Assembly (NCBI GenBank): GCA_041666205.1
Contig: JBAYHI010000001.1
Location: 26,894 to 90,893, forward strand
Length of the DNA stretch: 64,000 bases
Direction: 5' to 3'
Origin: Patescibacteria group bacterium
Lineage (GTDB): Bacteria > Patescibacteriota > Patescibacteriia > UBA9934
In this document: positions 36,682-47,800 of the stretch, in pieces
Layout of the letters: each line of letters begins with the position of its first letter
How positions within the stretch are numbered: the stretch's first letter is position 1
Position numbers and translations under genes: made by a program
The notes under the pieces: model-generated
Seen by the model: only the letters and a program-made list of their open reading frames with translations
Told to the model about the DNA's origin: nothing
Database searches by the model: none

Positions 36682-39240
36682 ATGAAAAAAGACGAATCAT
36701 TCATTATTTTTGACGGAAATGCACTTTTACATCGTGCATGGCACGCCATCCCTCCACTCACATCACCAAACGGTGTTGTGGTAAACGCAGTTTATGGCTT
36801 CATGAACATTGTTGAAAAAGTCATCGACACCCATCACCCACAATATATTGCTGTTGCATGGGATTTGCCTGGAAAAACATTCCGCCACGAGCAATTTGTG
36901 CCCTACAAGGCGCAGCGCGAGAAAAAAGAGCAAGCACTCTACGATCAAATTCCCATGATTCAGAAAATCCTTGGAGCTTACGGAATCCCCTGCTTATCGG
37001 CTGAGGGATTTGAAGCTGACGACGTGATTGCAACACTGGCAACCAAATATTCCAAAGAGGTGCCGGTCACGATTTTAACTGGTGATGCGGATACGCTTCA
37101 ACTTGTGTCGGATGATATTGAGGTTTTATCGTTCATCAAAGGGATTTCAGAAACAAAAACGTTCGATGCTGCTGCAGTAAAAGAGAAATTTGGCGTCACG
37201 CCAGCGCAAATGGTTGATTATAAGACGCTCATGGGTGATCCGTCAGATAATTTGCCAGGCGTAAAAGGAATTGGGAAAAAGACCGCGGTTATTATGCTCC
37301 AAACATATGGCACGGTCGATGGGATTTTTAAGGCGCTCAAGAATAATGAGCTGTCGGGTCGTGCTGCAACAAATCTCCATGGACAAGAGGCGGTCGCAGA
37401 GGAAATGAAGGGCCTTGTGACGCTTGTAAAAGACGTACCAATGACGTTTAAATTGTCTGATGCGAAGTTCGATCATCAAAATAAGGAAGAGATTCGACGC
37501 GAATTTGCAGATTTGGGTTTCAGAAAGCTGTTTGCGAAGTATTCTGACGAACCGCAAGAGTTCAAGAGTGCAAAATCAACGAGCGCAAAAGCCATGAACC
37601 TCTCGGAATTTACAAATAACGAGGTTTTTTTGGCTGTGCGAGGCAGTGGCAATACGCTCTTTGGAGAAAATTTGGAATCAATCGCGGTCTATGACGGAAA
37701 AAAGGTTTTTTCTATCTCGAATCCAAAAGAAAAAGAGATCGCGAGCATTCTTTCTTTCCTCAATAGCGCAACACTTGTTGTTGGACATGATTTGAAGACA
37801 GCAATGCATTTTATTGGGAAAATTGAGGCGCCACTGTTCGATACAATGGTCGCCGCTTATCTTTTGTCACCTGGCACACGTGTATTTGATCTGGAAACCG
37901 TACTTCGAGAGCAGATGAAATCTGAAAAGTCTGTTGAATCTGCTGAAGCAGAGGTTGCTATCCTTTTAGAACTTTCGGAAATTCTTAAGAAGAACCTTAA
38001 GAAAGAAGAAATGTGGAAATTGTCAGAAGAAATCGAAATGCCCCTTATTGCAATCCTTTTTGAGATGGAACAAAACGGCATTCAGGTTGATGAATATCGT
38101 CTCGCAGATCTTTCAAAGGAGTTCGAAACAGAGCTCGCGAGTCTTACGAAAGAGATTTTCAAACTCGCTGGCGAGGAATTCAATATCAATTCCCCATCAC
38201 AAATGGCACATATCTTGTTTAACGTCATGAAATTGCCAACCAAGGGCCTTAAAAAGACTAAGAGCGGATATTCAACGGCTGCGCCAGAACTTGAGAAGCT
38301 CTGGGACGAGAATCCAATTGTTGAAAAGATTTCGCAGTTCCGTGAATTTTCGAAACTCAAATCTACGTACGTTGATGCGTTGCCACTTCTTCTGAAATCC
38401 GACGGTCGCATCCACACAACCTATAATCAAACCGTTGCGGCAACCGGGCGATTATCATCTTCAGACCCGAATTTGCAAAATATCCCAACGCGCACGGAGC
38501 TTGGCCAAGAAATTCGCAAAGCATTTGTGGCTCCACGCGGATCTGTGCTGCTTTCCATGGATTATTCGCAGTTCGAGCTTCGTTTAGTTGCAGTGATGGC
38601 GCATGACAAGGCGTTTATTGAAGCGTTCCAAAAGGGCGCTGATATTCATCGTGTGGTTGCTGCACAAATCCTTGGGAAAAAAGATGAAGATGTTACAAAA
38701 GCCGAGCGTCAGGCTGCAAAGGCGATTAATTTCGGAATCCTCTACGGCATGGGCCCTCGCCATTTGGCACGAAGCACGGGATTTGAAATGGATGTTGCCA
38801 AGAAATTCATCGACAAATACTTCGAACTTCATCCAGGAATCCAAAAATATATCGATTCCATGAAGGAAAAAGCAAAGAAAGATGGATATGTTGAAACGCT
38901 ATTTGGGCGCAAGCGATATTTGCCCGATATTGATTCAGGAATTCAAATGCTCGTTTCTGGCGCAGAACGTATGGCTGTAAATATGCCAGTGCAAGGTACC
39001 CAAGCAGATCTCGTCAAAATGGCCATGATCGAGGTTCACAAATGGATGCAAAAACAAGATATCCCGCTCAAATTACTCCTGCAGGTGCACGACGAACTCG
39101 TTTTCGAGCTTGCAGAGAAGGATTTGAAAAAGGTCATGGAGCCAATTCGGGAGATTATGCAGGGAATTTGGAAGTCCGAGGTTCCACTCATTGTGGATTG
39201 CGAAGCAGGTCATAGCTGGGGAACGCTCGAGGCGGTGTAA
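36682..39240 (+). CDS. polA: DNA polymerase I (5'-3' exonuclease plus polymerase; 3'-5' exo region present)
   Basis: Start at MKKDESFIIFDGNALLHRAWHA (5' nuclease). Pol motifs A, B and C present (DYSQFELR, RQAAKAINFGILYG, QVHDELVFE). Confidence 0.95.
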   Translation: MKKDESFIIFDGNALLHRAWHAIPPLTSPNGVVVNAVYGFMNIVEKVIDTHHPQYIAVAWDLPGKTFRHEQFVPYKAQREKKEQALYDQIPMIQKILGAYGIPCLSAEGFEADDVIATLATKYSKEVPVTILTGDADTLQLVSDDIEVLSFIKGISETKTFDAAAVKEKFGVTPAQMVDYKTLMGDPSDNLPGVKGIGKKTAVIMLQTYGTVDGIFKALKNNELSGRAATNLHGQEAVAEEMKGLVTLVKDVPMTFKLSDAKFDHQNKEEIRREFADLGFRKLFAKYSDEPQEFKSAKSTSAKAMNLSEFTNNEVFLAVRGSGNTLFGENLESIAVYDGKKVFSISNPKEKEIASILSFLNSATLVVGHDLKTAMHFIGKIEAPLFDTMVAAYLLSPGTRVFDLETVLREQMKSEKSVESAEAEVAILLELSEILKKNLKKEEMWKLSEEIEMPLIAILFEMEQNGIQVDEYRLADLSKEFETELASLTKEIFKLAGEEFNINSPSQMAHILFNVMKLPTKGLKKTKSGYSTAAPELEKLWDENPIVEKISQFREFSKLKSTYVDALPLLLKSDGRIHTTYNQTVAATGRLSSSDPNLQNIPTRTELGQEIRKAFVAPRGSVLLSMDYSQFELRLVAVMAHDKAFIEAFQKGADIHRVVAAQILGKKDEDVTKAERQAAKAINFGILYGMGPRHLARSTGFEMDVAKKFIDKYFELHPGIQKYIDSMKEKAKKDGYVETLFGRKRYLPDIDSGIQMLVSGAERMAVNMPVQGTQADLVKMAMIEVHKWMQKQDIPLKLLLQVHDELVFELAEKDLKKVMEPIREIMQGIWKSEVPLIVDCEAGHSWGTLEAV

Positions 39241-39299
39241 AAACAGTGAATAAAAGAGGCGCACATGGCGCCCCTTTTTTATGATAAGATATTCCAGCT

Positions 39300-40271
39300 G
39301 TGATGTTATTTGTTTTTGGCTCCAATTCCCTACTTGCTTCGCAGAAGCTTCAAGAAATCAAGAAGCATTTTTTTGATCGATTCGATCAAAGCCACCTGAA
39401 TTTTGATGAAATCGAATTCGAGAAAAATCTCGAGGCATCGTCACTCGCCTCAAAAATCAATAATCCCCCATTCCTTTCAGAAAAGCGTCTTATTGTGCTT
39501 CGAAACGTTCTATCGGGTTTGACGAAAAAGGATGCCAAACCGTGGCTCAAGATTCTTGAAAACGTGCCGGACTACACGATTTTGGTTTTTATCGATGACG
39601 CGTCCGACGATGATTTTAAGAAAACGGAAATCGGCAAGACGTTTGTGGGCCAAAAAGACGTTTATCTTTACCCGTTCAACGACTTAACGCTTCATGAGTT
39701 ATTCGCGCTCGGAAAGAAAATTGCAAAGGAGAGCAATTTTGCGATCTCGGATGATTTATTGAAGATGCTTTTGGAAAAGACCGGTAATGACCCCTGGATG
39801 GTTCAAAACGAAATTGCCAAGCTTTCCGCATATTGCACGTCGCGAGCGTGCCAGAAGTCTGACCTTGAATTCGTGGGGCGTCATGAGTTCCACGACAGCA
39901 TGTTTGCGTTTTTAGATGCACTATCGAGCAAAAACAAGCAAAAAACATTCGTGCTTCTTGAGGAGCAACGCCGTCACGACCCGGATGATTTTTTCCTTTG
40001 GGTCATGCTAATGCGCCAGGTTAAGCTTCTTTTGGGCATTTCGGAATATCTCTCTAATCATCCTGGAGCCGGAAAAGAAGAAATCGCTGGTGCCTTGGGT
40101 CAACCACCATTTGTGGTGCAAAAGACGCTGCCATTTGTGAAAAAATTCCAAACGAATAAGCTTTTCTCCTTATATGCTTCCATGCTTGGAGCAGATAAGG
40201 CCCTAAAACATAGCCAGATTGCTCCTCATATCCTGGTGGAGAAATTAGTCTTTGGACTCCTAAACGCTTGA
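39300..40271 (+). CDS. holA: DNA polymerase III delta subunit
   Basis: 323 aa with typical delta-subunit N-terminal layout (FGSN.LLA...L.EIKK.F). Confidence 0.75.
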   Translation: MMLFVFGSNSLLASQKLQEIKKHFFDRFDQSHLNFDEIEFEKNLEASSLASKINNPPFLSEKRLIVLRNVLSGLTKKDAKPWLKILENVPDYTILVFIDDASDDDFKKTEIGKTFVGQKDVYLYPFNDLTLHELFALGKKIAKESNFAISDDLLKMLLEKTGNDPWMVQNEIAKLSAYCTSRACQKSDLEFVGRHEFHDSMFAFLDALSSKNKQKTFVLLEEQRRHDPDDFFLWVMLMRQVKLLLGISEYLSNHPGAGKEEIAGALGQPPFVVQKTLPFVKKFQTNKLFSLYASMLGADKALKHSQIAPHILVEKLVFGLLNA

Positions 40272-40323
40272 CGAATTATCGTTTTTCACATAGACTTCAT
40301 GCAGTTCGACCCAATTTAACTCT

Positions 40324-40587
40324 ATGCCAAATTTAGATAACGCCAAAAAAGCCCTCCGACAAAGCATTAAAAACGCGCAGCGAAACGCGGTTGTTATGGA
40401 AGAACTCCATTCGCTTCGACGCCAATATCGACTTCTCGTTAGCGGCAAAAAATTGCAAGAAGCTGAAAAACTTCTTTCAACCATCTACAAGAAAGCCGAT
40501 AAGGCAGTTTCCAAAGGCGTCATTAAGAAAAACGCCGCAGCTCGTATCAAATCGCGAATCACGGTTGCACTCAAAAAAGCAAAATAA
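40324..40587 (+). CDS. rpsT: 30S ribosomal protein S20
   Basis: 87 aa basic helical protein starting MPNLDNAKKALRQSIKN, typical of S20. Confidence 0.9.
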   Translation: MPNLDNAKKALRQSIKNAQRNAVVMEELHSLRRQYRLLVSGKKLQEAEKLLSTIYKKADKAVSKGVIKKNAAARIKSRITVALKKAK

Positions 40588-40613
40588 AAATCAGGCCCTC
40601 GGGCCTGATTTTT
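40588..40613. terminator. Bidirectional terminator
   Basis: aaaatcaggccctcgggcctgattttttt between convergent rpsT and rmuC. Confidence 0.7.
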
Positions 40614-41711
40614 TTATTCAATCATGGTTTTTGAAACATCATCGACTTCGATGATTTGATCAAGGGAGCCATTCGTAATTTTTATCACATCCTTGCTCAA
40701 TTTTCCTAGTTCTTTATTTGAGGAATTGTATTGATTTACAACTGTATCGAGATTTTTACCCAATCGATTGTGGTAGTCGGCAAATGCCATCATGTGTTTT
40801 TGGAACTCCCCTACTCTTTTGAGAATTTCTTGCGTTGATTGTTCGAGTTGTAATTCACGCAGGCCCAGTAATACCGTTTGCAAATAGGCATAAAATGACG
40901 TTGGTGAGACGATCATGACATGCTGTTGGAATGCGTATTCGACGAGGCTGCGGCTGTTAACGCCCGATCCAACTTCCGCGTTCATGAGATTGTAATAGAC
41001 GCCTTCAGCCGGGATGAACATGAAGGCAAAATTCATTGTATTTTGATGTATTTGGATATATTTTGCCGTTTCGTCAATGCGATTTTTCACATCAGCTTTG
41101 AACGCGCGCTCAGCAAGCGTCCGTTTCTCTACATCATTCTCCCCCATCATTCGATTGTAATTTTCTAGGGAGAATTTTGAATCAATAGGAATAATTAGCC
41201 CGCGAACAAAGATTACTGCGTCTGCAATAAGCTTTTGATTTGTTTTTTCATCGGTCCCCATTGCATATTGCATTTGATAGCTATCTTTTGGCAATACATT
41301 TGAGAGGAGGGACTCAAGAAAGTATTCCCCTACAACTCCGCGTTGCTTTGGGCTCTTAAAAATTTCTTGCAAATTTTGTAATTGATCCGAAAAATTCAGC
41401 ACTTGTTTATTGGTGTCATGCAATTCTGTCATTTTCTGCGTGACTTCTTGAATGATTTTTGCCGTATCTGAAAATTGTTTTTGCATTGCATCGTTTGAAG
41501 ACGTCAGCCCGCGATTGACAGTGTCGTTCACGCGATCAAGGCGTGTTTGCATCTCTTGGCGTTGCTCAAACGTAAGTCGATTCATGTCTTCGCGGATTTG
41601 TTTGATTTCCGTGGCAACGGTTTGGTCGACTGGAGAGGATTTTTTCAAAAAAATCCCGGCTAGAACCACGCTAATGAGAATAATAAGGAGAATGACGATA
41701 AAATAATCCAT
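40614..41711 (-). CDS. rmuC: DNA recombination protein RmuC
   Basis: N-terminal TM, long coiled-coil, C-terminal RmuC nuclease-like domain (GEYFLE ... FMFIPAEGVY). Confidence 0.8.
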   Translation of the reverse strand: MDYFIVILLIILISVVLAGIFLKKSSPVDQTVATEIKQIREDMNRLTFEQRQEMQTRLDRVNDTVNRGLTSSNDAMQKQFSDTAKIIQEVTQKMTELHDTNKQVLNFSDQLQNLQEIFKSPKQRGVVGEYFLESLLSNVLPKDSYQMQYAMGTDEKTNQKLIADAVIFVRGLIIPIDSKFSLENYNRMMGENDVEKRTLAERAFKADVKNRIDETAKYIQIHQNTMNFAFMFIPAEGVYYNLMNAEVGSGVNSRSLVEYAFQQHVMIVSPTSFYAYLQTVLLGLRELQLEQSTQEILKRVGEFQKHMMAFADYHNRLGKNLDTVVNQYNSSNKELGKLSKDVIKITNGSLDQIIEVDDVSKTMIE

Positions 41712-41845
41712 AGATGTAGTGGCATTATAGACTCTTCGCTCATTCCTGCCTAGACAAAAATGAAAAAATGTCGTATGATTTTTCTGTTCAAAAGATATCG
41801 CTTAGATATTTTACGACACTCAGTTCCATGTGAACCTCGCAATTT

Positions 41846-41922
41846 GATCCTGTAGCTCAACTGGATAGAGCAGGTCCGTCCTAAGGACAAGGTTACAGGT
41901 TCAAATCCTGTCAGGATCACCA
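41846..41922 (+). tRNA. tRNA-Arg (CCT)
   Basis: Acceptor gatcctg/caggatc, anticodon loop gtCCTaa, T arm acagg-ttcaaat-cctgt, plus CCA. Confidence 0.75.
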
Positions 41923-41960
41923 GCCTTCGCTCCTTCGGAGCTACGGCTGGCGGGCCAGCC
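41920..41960 (+). repeat. Conserved about 40-nt hairpin trailer following the tRNA (copy 1)
   Basis: caccagccttcgctccttcggagctacggctggcgggcca is nearly identical to 42187-42227 after tRNA-Ala. Nested stems ccagcc/ggctgg and ctcc-ttcg-gag. Confidence 0.6.
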
Positions 41961-42113
41961 ATGGTTCGGTGAATAGCAAATGGTGAGCGTCATGGATTTT
42001 GATGGATGGCTAGGAGAAAATCGAGCAACTAGGAAGCGTACCTATATGGTACGATGACGAAGTGCGGAGGTTTTCGACAGCGCCAGACGCAAAATCCATA
42101 GCGAACAGAATAC

Positions 42114-42189
42114 GGGCCTATAGCTCAGTTGGTAGAGCGCTGCATTCGCATTGCAGAGGTCGGCGGTTCGAATCCGCCTAGGTCCACCA
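42114..42189 (+). tRNA. tRNA-Ala (CGC) with G3:U70
   Basis: Acceptor gggccta/taggtcc has the G3:U70 alanine identity pair. Anticodon loop ttCGCat, T arm ggcgg-ttcgaat-ccgcc, plus CCA. Confidence 0.85.
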
Positions 42190-42227
42190 GCCTTCACTCC
42201 TTCGGAGTTTCGGCTGGCAGGCCATCC
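42187..42227 (+). repeat. Conserved hairpin trailer after tRNA-Ala (copy 2)
   Basis: caccagccttcactccttcggagtttcggctggcaggcca. Confidence 0.6.
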
Positions 42228-42327
42228 TGTCAGACGATCTCGGGATTAGTGAAGGCTGTCCTCCGAAGCTCTGTCCTACAGAGCGTAGGAAGACGCGAAC
42301 ATAATTGATGAACAAAAGAAAGTATTT

Positions 42328-42750
42328 ATGCCAAGTGAATATCCAAAATTCCCTGTCGGCGTGAATGCTTTTGTTGTTAGAGACGGAAAATTGCTCTTAG
42401 GTAAGAGAAAAAATGTGTATGGCGCCGGTACTTGGGCATTACCTGGCGGGCATCTTGAGAGTGGGGAATCGATGATTTTTGCAGTTGGTAGAGAGCTTCG
42501 AGAAGAAACAGGGCTAATTGCCAATGAATTCACGTTTGTTAGCCTTGTAAATGATCATCGAGACGGTGAATTGCAGTATATGCAGGTAGGATTTTTCGTA
42601 AAGGATGCCATGGGAGACCCAAAAGTATGCGAGCCGGATCGTTGTGATGGTTGGCAATGGTTTTCGATCGATGACCTCCCAAACGATTTGTTCGTGGCTC
42701 ACAAAAAACTTATTCAGAATTTTTTCGACGGAAGACATTTTGATGAGTAG
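42328..42750 (+). CDS. NUDIX hydrolase
   Basis: NUDIX box GGHLESGESMIFAVGRELREETGL. Confidence 0.85.
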   Translation: MPSEYPKFPVGVNAFVVRDGKLLLGKRKNVYGAGTWALPGGHLESGESMIFAVGRELREETGLIANEFTFVSLVNDHRDGELQYMQVGFFVKDAMGDPKVCEPDRCDGWQWFSIDDLPNDLFVAHKKLIQNFFDGRHFDE

Positions 42751-42955
42751 TACGACGGAAAAACGATGGCCATCCGAGCCATTTTTTGTTTATTGCAGTT
42801 CAGCGATTTGTCAAGTCTAAAGTAGACAAAATTGAAGCGTTACAGTGAGTACTTATCCACAAGAACGGGCTGAAATAACAGGTTACGCATAGTTTATCCA
42901 CAGGTGTTTAGAAAAAAATATTAGTTTTTTGGCTTTGTTTAGCAAAATTATTCTT

Positions 42956-42984
42956 TGACGATTTCATGTGTTCAATATAGAATG
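42956..42984 (+). promoter_or_regulatory. Sigma70-like promoter TTGACG-17-TAGAAT for the surface-protein cluster, with two DnaA-box-like ttatccaca motifs upstream (42853-42861, 42894-42902)
   Basis: Read by eye. The 18-mer catagtttatccacaggt is identical to the one at 26623-26640. Confidence 0.45.
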
Positions 42985-42991
42985 ACTGTGT

Positions 42992-43915
42992 ATGAAAAAG
43001 CTGTTCTTCATTTTGGCTTCTTTCGCGTTTTGCGGAAGTTTGTGTTCAATTTCTTTTGCGTTTGCCGAGATGTCGTCCACGAACTACATTATTAAGTTCG
43101 ACGACATCAGCGTTGGCGGTGGCGATACGGGTACCTCGGCTTCTTATCGATTGCGCGATACCGTTGGAGGATCGGCAATTTCACAATCAACATCAACCTC
43201 GTACGAAATGAACCCGGCCTATCGCGAGGGAATTTACGATCGTGTTGCGGCGTTTGAGGTATTCATTCAAGATAAAAGCTCGCAAGTTGCGGCAACTTCC
43301 CTCAGTGGAAAGACGCTCGTCGTTACAAATGCATCAGGATTTGCTACGGGCGATATGATAGCTGTTGTGCAAAATGAGGGTAGCTCACAGGTTTCAGCAA
43401 TCGGGAAGATCATAACGATTATTGGCACAACAATTACGCTCGACGGCATTGCAGACAATGGCACAACGCCAACCATTGATGGTGTGACCGATTATGCTTA
43501 TGTAATGGATGCGACATCACTGAGTTTGGGGGCGCTTTCAAATCGAATAGTGACAACTGGTCTTATTGGGTGGCAGGTGTCTGCCGATGTAGACGGCGGT
43601 TATGATATTTACATTGCCGAAGATGGGCTACTTCGCGATTCCGTATCGGGGTATACGATCCCGGCAGTTGCAGATGGCGCTGTTTCGGAAGGAAACTCAG
43701 AGTATGGTGCAATATCGTCGGATTTGAGCCTTGGCGCTTCAACATTTGATACGCAAGACACAGCGTTTTCAACATCGTTACAACAAATCGCAAGTCGCGA
43801 TGACGCAACGCTAAATTCTCGAGATTTTCTAACCCTCAAGGCCACTTCATCTTCAACGCAGGCGATCGCTTCGTACTCGCATGCACTGTCACTTTTGTAT
43901 GTGGGGGATTACTAA
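42992..43915 (+). CDS. Secreted hypothetical protein (signal peptide; Thr/Ser/Gly-rich)
   Basis: Signal peptide MKKLFFILASFAFCGSLCSISFAFA; no recognised domain. First gene of a co-oriented surface cluster. Confidence 0.6.
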   Translation: MKKLFFILASFAFCGSLCSISFAFAEMSSTNYIIKFDDISVGGGDTGTSASYRLRDTVGGSAISQSTSTSYEMNPAYREGIYDRVAAFEVFIQDKSSQVAATSLSGKTLVVTNASGFATGDMIAVVQNEGSSQVSAIGKIITIIGTTITLDGIADNGTTPTIDGVTDYAYVMDATSLSLGALSNRIVTTGLIGWQVSADVDGGYDIYIAEDGLLRDSVSGYTIPAVADGAVSEGNSEYGAISSDLSLGASTFDTQDTAFSTSLQQIASRDDATLNSRDFLTLKATSSSTQAIASYSHALSLLYVGDY

Positions 43916-44810
43916 AATTTTATCCGTTACATTTTTTTCTGTTCTGGTTCCTTTTTCGTTTGTGCGGGCGGTCACGTTGTTTCCGGAAAATGCGAATGTC
44001 TCCGTGAATCCGGGCGAGACGCAAACAATACAACTCATTGTTGCAAATGATGGGTTTGCTGAGAAAACCTACATTATTACAATCGTTCAAGGGGCGCTTG
44101 ATCCTGTTTCGGGCGATATCATGTTTACGGAAGATGAGTCTCTGCGTGATTGGATTGCGTCCGATATTGATTCAGCCACGATCGCGCCAATGAATCAGGT
44201 AACGCTCGAGATCTCCATACGTCCAAACGCAACAGTAGTACCGGGAAATTACATCGCGGGGGTGCAAGTACAAGAACGTGTTCCAGCCGATGGAACCGTT
44301 GCGGTTTCCTCGGGATTTATCAGCCTGCTGTTTCTTACTGTAGGGGATTCGTTAACGCAAAACGTCGAGCTTCTTGATTTTTCATCGTCAATACATTTTT
44401 TTGCACACCTCCCGGTGCAATTTTTTGCTACAATGAAGAATAGCGGGGAAGCAATGAGTCAACCTGGCGGGGCAGTTACAATCCGAGATCTGTTTGGAAA
44501 TATTGTGACGGCAGTGCCATTTAATTCCGGGGCCAATCGTCTTCTTCCGGGCCAGACACGTACGCTGGTGTCGCAATGGGGAAGTGACGCAGATGTAAAA
44601 GGATTTTTTGCACACGTTGTGCAAGAATATAAAGGTCTTTGCATCGGCATTTTCAAAGCGGAAGCTGTGATTGTGCCGTTTGAGAACGTTGCAATTACGC
44701 CAGATGCGATTTGGATCATCGTATTCCCGTGGCACCTTGTTCTTTGTATGAGTTCGGTTCTTATTGCGGTCTTGTTCCTAGCCTTTGTGTTCCAAAGAAA
44801 GCGATTATGA
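43899..44810 (+). CDS. Secreted protein with C-terminal TM anchor
   Basis: N-terminal signal, C-terminal hydrophobic anchor plus QRKRL. Start is uncertain (43881 or 43899) and the gene overlaps the previous stop. Confidence 0.55.
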   Translation: MWGITKILSVTFFSVLVPFSFVRAVTLFPENANVSVNPGETQTIQLIVANDGFAEKTYIITIVQGALDPVSGDIMFTEDESLRDWIASDIDSATIAPMNQVTLEISIRPNATVVPGNYIAGVQVQERVPADGTVAVSSGFISLLFLTVGDSLTQNVELLDFSSSIHFFAHLPVQFFATMKNSGEAMSQPGGAVTIRDLFGNIVTAVPFNSGANRLLPGQTRTLVSQWGSDADVKGFFAHVVQEYKGLCIGIFKAEAVIVPFENVAITPDAIWIIVFPWHLVLCMSSVLIAVLFLAFVFQRKRL

Positions 44811-47800
44811 TGAATTTGGTGAATCGATGTTTTTTTGGGGCAGTCGTTGTAACGATTGCCTTTTTTGCGTGTGGAAATTCTGTTGTATCTGCTGCATCAA
44901 TTACTAACGTATATGATCAACCTTCGACACTCCTCATTTCAACTGCATCAAACCACAATTTTACGATCGTCCCCACAAGTAATATCGACGAGGGCGATAC
45001 GCTTACACTCACATTTCCTTCCGGATTCACAACTGCGTCGATTACCGAGGACGACGTTGACATTGCAGATGATTCGGTAGATCTCACGACCGCAAGCGAT
45101 AGTTGTGCTGGCGCGGAACAAGCGAGTGTTGTGATGGCTTCAAATATTTTAACGATAACAGTTTGTGCCGGTGATGGTGGAACAATTGCCGCCGGGAGTA
45201 CAGTAGCGATTGAAATTGGACTCAATGCATCTGCAAGTGGAACGGGCGCAAATCAAATCACAAATCCATCGGCTGTAGCAACATATTTTATAGCGCTAGC
45301 TGGCACGTTTGGAGATTTTGGCTCGATTCCAATCCCAATTCTCAGTCGTGTGGGTGGCACGGCATCTGCAACCGTTCCATCATTTGCAGCGGGAGGGTCG
45401 GGTGAAGAACCGTCGCCGTCGTACATGATTACACTCGATGCACCAAACGGAGGTGAATCACTCGATTACGGCGACGCACAAAATATTACTTGGTCGAATG
45501 GAGCTGCAATTCCACTCATCGACATTTATTATTCAACTGATTCCGGAGCATCCTATGCGCTTATTGCTGCCGGCCAGACAAATGACGGCTTGTATTCCTG
45601 GACTGTGCCTGACGTGACGACCACTCGCGCGCGTGTGCGTGTGGATGGAATGGACGGATCAGCAACACTGGCAACCGACGCGTCAGACGCAGATTTTACG
45701 ATCATCGGGTCATCCATTGGCGCGGATTATCTTGTGACGGTCACAAGCCCAAATGGGGGAGAGAGTTATGAGCAAGGCGTTTCGCGCACAATCACGTGGA
45801 CCAGTGGCTCACTCATTTCTACGGTCAACATTTTGTATTCGACAAATGGGGGCAGTAGCTATACAAGCATTGCGTCAGGCGAATCCAACGATGGCGCATA
45901 TACGTGGACTGTGCCGGTCGTTGTTACCGCAGATGCAAAAATTAAAATCGAAGGGATCGTGGGAGCACTTCAAATATCGTCCGATGAATCAGATGGCGCG
46001 TTTAGCATCACAGCACCAGTCGTAATTGAGGAACCTGAGCCGGAGATTCCGCCCGTGGAGCCACCTGTTGAACCGCCCGTGGAACCCCCGACAGAACCAC
46101 CCACGACTCCTCCGACTGAATCGCCAACGACTCCACCCGTGACTCCACCGGGAGGCGCTGAACCCGGCACGGAAACGCCAGCCACACCTTCGCCAACAAC
46201 TACCGAGATAGAAGGTGTGGAACACGAGGTGAACGTTACGGTCACGACTGAAGACGGGTCTATTGCGCTTGGTGGCGACGAAGGCGCTTATGTTTTGCCG
46301 GGAATGCCGGTTCTTGTGCGTGTTATTGCTGAAGACACTGAGAAAATTGAAGACGTTTCAGTGACGATTGGTAACCGAACGTATATGCCGTCAGAAGTCT
46401 CTGACGGGGTTTATGTTGTGTCAGCTCCAATTGCCGGGGGTGTAACAAATGTCACGGTTATCACGACCTATACCGACGGAGAGACCACATCTACGGTGGG
46501 GTTGGCACAAATGGGATACGGTATCGTGTATGAAATCGTGGATGACGCATGGGTTCCCGTGTCTGGCGCATTGGTAACTGTGCAAGATTGGAGTGGGGTG
46601 AATAACCCAGCGATCACGGGTTCCGATGGTGCGGTTGGATGGTATGCGCCAAACGGTTCTTATACGGTGCGCGTTGAAAAAGAGGGCTACGAGACGAAAG
46701 AAGTGGGGCTTTCGGTTTCAAATAATGTATTGGCGCCAAACGTTGAGCTCACAAAAACCGCTGAAGAAATCATCGAAGAGGTAATTCCTGGCGAAACAAT
46801 TGTGCCGGTTGTTGTGTCAGAAACCGTTCAAGTGATCTCCCAAAGCGTGACACAAGTTGCGACCGCGGTTTCGGACGCGGTTATTGCGGTTCGAGAAAAT
46901 CAGGCGGTGCAAGATGTTGCAACCGTTGCGACGCCGGTTATGGTTGTCTCTGCTGTATCGAGCGCGGCGGTTCTCTCAACATCGTTCAATTTGTGGCCGA
47001 TTTTGCAATATCTCTTCACGGCACCGATTCTTTTCTTTGCGCGCCGTCGCCGACAGAATTTCGGCATCGTTTACAACTCAATCACCAAAGTGCCAATCGA
47101 TTTGGCTGTTGTACGACTTTACGACGCACAAGCCAAACTTGTACGCACCATGGTAACGGATTCAGACGGTCGCTATTTCTTCAATGTTGACGCTGGTAAA
47201 TACTTTATTCGTGTTACAAAACCCGGATTTACATTCCCAAGCGCGTATTTATCGGGCGTGAAAGCAGACGGGAATTTCGTGGATATTTATACGCAGGGCT
47301 ATTTGGAAGTAACCGAACAATCCGTCATTATTGCGGCCAATATCCCACTTGATCCGGTGAGCGAAGAGGGCGCAAAAGCCACAAAACGGATTCGGAAGGA
47401 CAAAATTTTACGTGTTTTTCAAAATTCCGTGGCCCTCGCTGGCATTATTTTGGCGATCTACATCGTCGTGATTCAACCGTCCGCGTTTTCATGGTTGATG
47501 CTTGGTGTGCAGGTTCTGTTATATGTTGGCACTAAGCTTCTCATTCGACCTCGCAAAAAGAAAGGGTGGGGAATTGTATATGGTGCAGAAGATCGTTCGC
47601 CAATTGCAAATGCAATCGTTCGTCTTTTTGAGCCGAAGTACCATAAATTGCTTGAAACTGCGATCACGGATCGCAAAGGACGCTATGCGTTTATGGTGGG
47701 ACCAAACGAATATTATGCCTCGTTTGAGAAGCCCGGGTACGAGACGCGCGAGGTGCGACCAATTGACTATCGAAACAAGAAAGAACTTACCCCCATCTCG

